A stretch of 64,000 bases of DNA. It comes from Pristiophorus japonicus. Lineage: Eukaryota. A program made the position numbers and the translations under genes. Shown here piece by piece: positions 62,202-64,000 of this stretch; position 1 is the stretch's first letter; every line of letters begins with the position of its first letter. The stretch covers positions 147,250,001-147,314,000 of the forward strand of contig NC_091984.1 in the NCBI RefSeq assembly GCF_044704955.1. The letters run 5' to 3'. The notes beneath the pieces are model-generated. The model made no database searches, was not told the origin of the DNA, and saw only the letters and a program-made list of their open reading frames with translations.

Positions 62202-64000
62202 TATTACGGGGGTGGGGGTGTTGCCATGGATACAGAAGTATAGTGGGAAATAATGTAGAATTTACCAACATCTCGCAAAATCCAGGTACCTTTCCCTGCA
62301 GAGGAGAAGAATCCCTTTCTGGACTTTTAAAATGAAAGGAAAACTTTGGGACACAAATGACTTTTAAAGGGGCAGACAAGGCCTGCAGGGGATAAAAGTG
62401 GGTGCATTCATGGAGACCCCCAACCCCCCGCAGTGTTTGGACTCATATGAAAGGGAATTTAATTTGGAACTATCTACCAGAAAGTTTGAAATCCTAAAGT
62501 GCACATGGAAGAAACTACGAACTTTAATCGAATTTGGGATTTTTAAAAGGTGTATGTTGGGTCTGCAAGAAAAGGGGCCAGTTTGGACATTGGAACTAAT
62601 CAAATTGTCTGGGAACTGTATACCCTTGAAACTTGCCCCTTGAAAACATTAGCATTTAAACAATGCCACATACATATTCCAACACCAATTCAACAGGCAT
62701 AGAAATATCTGGCTCAGGCCAGACTAGCACAATGGAGAGCTCATCAACTTCGAAAAGCCTATTAACGCCAGATTAAAATCACTTAATCAAGTTTCAGTTA
62801 GCTGGGCTAGATTTGATGGGAGATAACGGAGTCTTTTTTTGTGGGTATATCTATTCCCAGTTTTACCAAGGAACAGACTCGAACAGCAGAACACAGACTC
62901 AAACACAGACAGACACAAGCAGCCGGAAGTGGGGAGTGAAGAAATGGAATAGTGAAGGAAACTACCAGAAATCATCAAGGACCGACCGAGCACGAGGCCC
63001 ATGAAATGGAAGGTTGTCAGCAACCAAATTGACAACCCGGGCCACCACAACCAGCGAAACGACCAACCAAAACCAACTCAGCAAAAACCGAAGAATCGAC
63101 ATTTATTTCCACTCTACAATCTACTTCGGAATGACCAACGGGTGAGAAATTACCAAAAGGGACTAACTAAACTATTCCTAACCAAAGAAAGTGGGTACTT
63201 ACCCCATACATCCAAAACGCAACTTACCGCATCAACGGACGCACCCCAACCGAAGACTACGCAGTCCGAAGTCCTCTCCTCCGACCGGGGTACGGCTCAC
63301 CTAGAAGGCCAAGTGCAGCGAACCCCAAAACCGCGATTCACTGGCAACTGTCTAAAGAGATTGGTGAGCATGGCCCCTGAACCCACAGAGCTATAACTTA
63401 GTAGTTAGGGGAATTGGGGGAGGGAGGCTGGGATAACTTGTGTAAATGTATCTGCATTCGCCTCTTTACCCCATTTAGAGTTTAAGCTGTATTCTTTTCC
63501 GCACAGACTATAATTGGACAGTTTATTCAATGTGTTGTACCCCTCAGTGTGTATTAGTCTGTGTGAGTTATTAAAGGGTTGCCTTTTACTTCTTTTTAAA
63601 CACAATAAAGCCATACCTGCTTCCTATCTTGAAACCGATTGTCTGTCCAAGTCTGTCACAGTCCCTTCATAATTCCAGTGTCTAGAACCAAGGGTGTGGG
63701 AGCGATTCGGAACCGTTCATATAAGGTCAGAAGGGAAAGCTGACCCCCTGCAAACCACCCCTTACATAATGGCGACCTCGATGGGGCACTGGTACAAGGG
63801 ACATGATAAGAGAGAGACTGGTTTCAGGAAACGAAGCAAAATGGAAGAGGGGATTTCCTCGTATGTGTTTAAGAGGGTAAATGTGGCTAAGGAGTGGGTA
63901 CTCGATCTATTGTATGCTGAGCATCCAGAAGATGCTGCAGCTCAATGGACCGAGAGCAAGGACCATAAAAGGTCGAAAGAGAAGGCCATTTGGCTAATTT
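62202..64000 (+). mobile_element. 5' LTR (62202-63766), PBS and gag start of a retrovirus related to the 31.3-kb LTR; continues beyond the window
   Basis: Homologous to 31308-34043; AATAAA at 63604; ends CCACCCCTTACA; PBS TGGCGACCTCGATGGGGC at 63770-63787 (tRNA-Arg-like); open frame from 63841 MEEGISSYVFKRVNV...KAIWLI. The LTR start is approximate. Confidence 0.82.

Noticed and set aside
31308-63766. The two related long LTRs as ends of one 32-kb provirus
   Set aside because: The geometry is wrong (env and PPT precede the left LTR; PBS and gag follow the right one) and the LTRs are strongly diverged.

Overview
This is repeat-dense vertebrate DNA, almost certainly from a shark or other elasmobranch. 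The only host gene recognisable is an immunoglobulin kappa-type (shark type III/NS4-like) light-chain constant exon at 58088-58415 (-), which carries an apparent 1-nt frameshift. The rest is nested mobile DNA. (1) Many CR1, L2 and RTE LINE fragments, tRNA-derived SINEs and a 3'-truncated Gypsy element. (2) Two PIF/Harbinger elements: a complete two-gene copy at 40780-52891, and a Myb/SANT-only derivative at 20221-26593 whose coding exon contains a 3.2-kb minisatellite. (3) A full-length decayed ERV at 45080-52319, inside the first Harbinger, with a 5-bp TSD, a tRNA-Ser PBS, an A-AAA-AAC -1 frameshift site and a gamma-type env. (4) Three pieces of a separate retroviral lineage whose env resembles F-type (paramyxovirus-like, lokiretrovirus-like) fusion proteins, at 30070-34043, 54283-55498 and 62202-64000. 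One of their LTRs holds about 43 copies of a 28-bp repeat, and all three LTRs end in a similar U5 hairpin. Positions 1-12045 and 34560-41545 are an old inverted segmental duplication (about 95% identical in one hand-counted segment) that continues past the left edge. All calls come from manual reading; no database searches were run.
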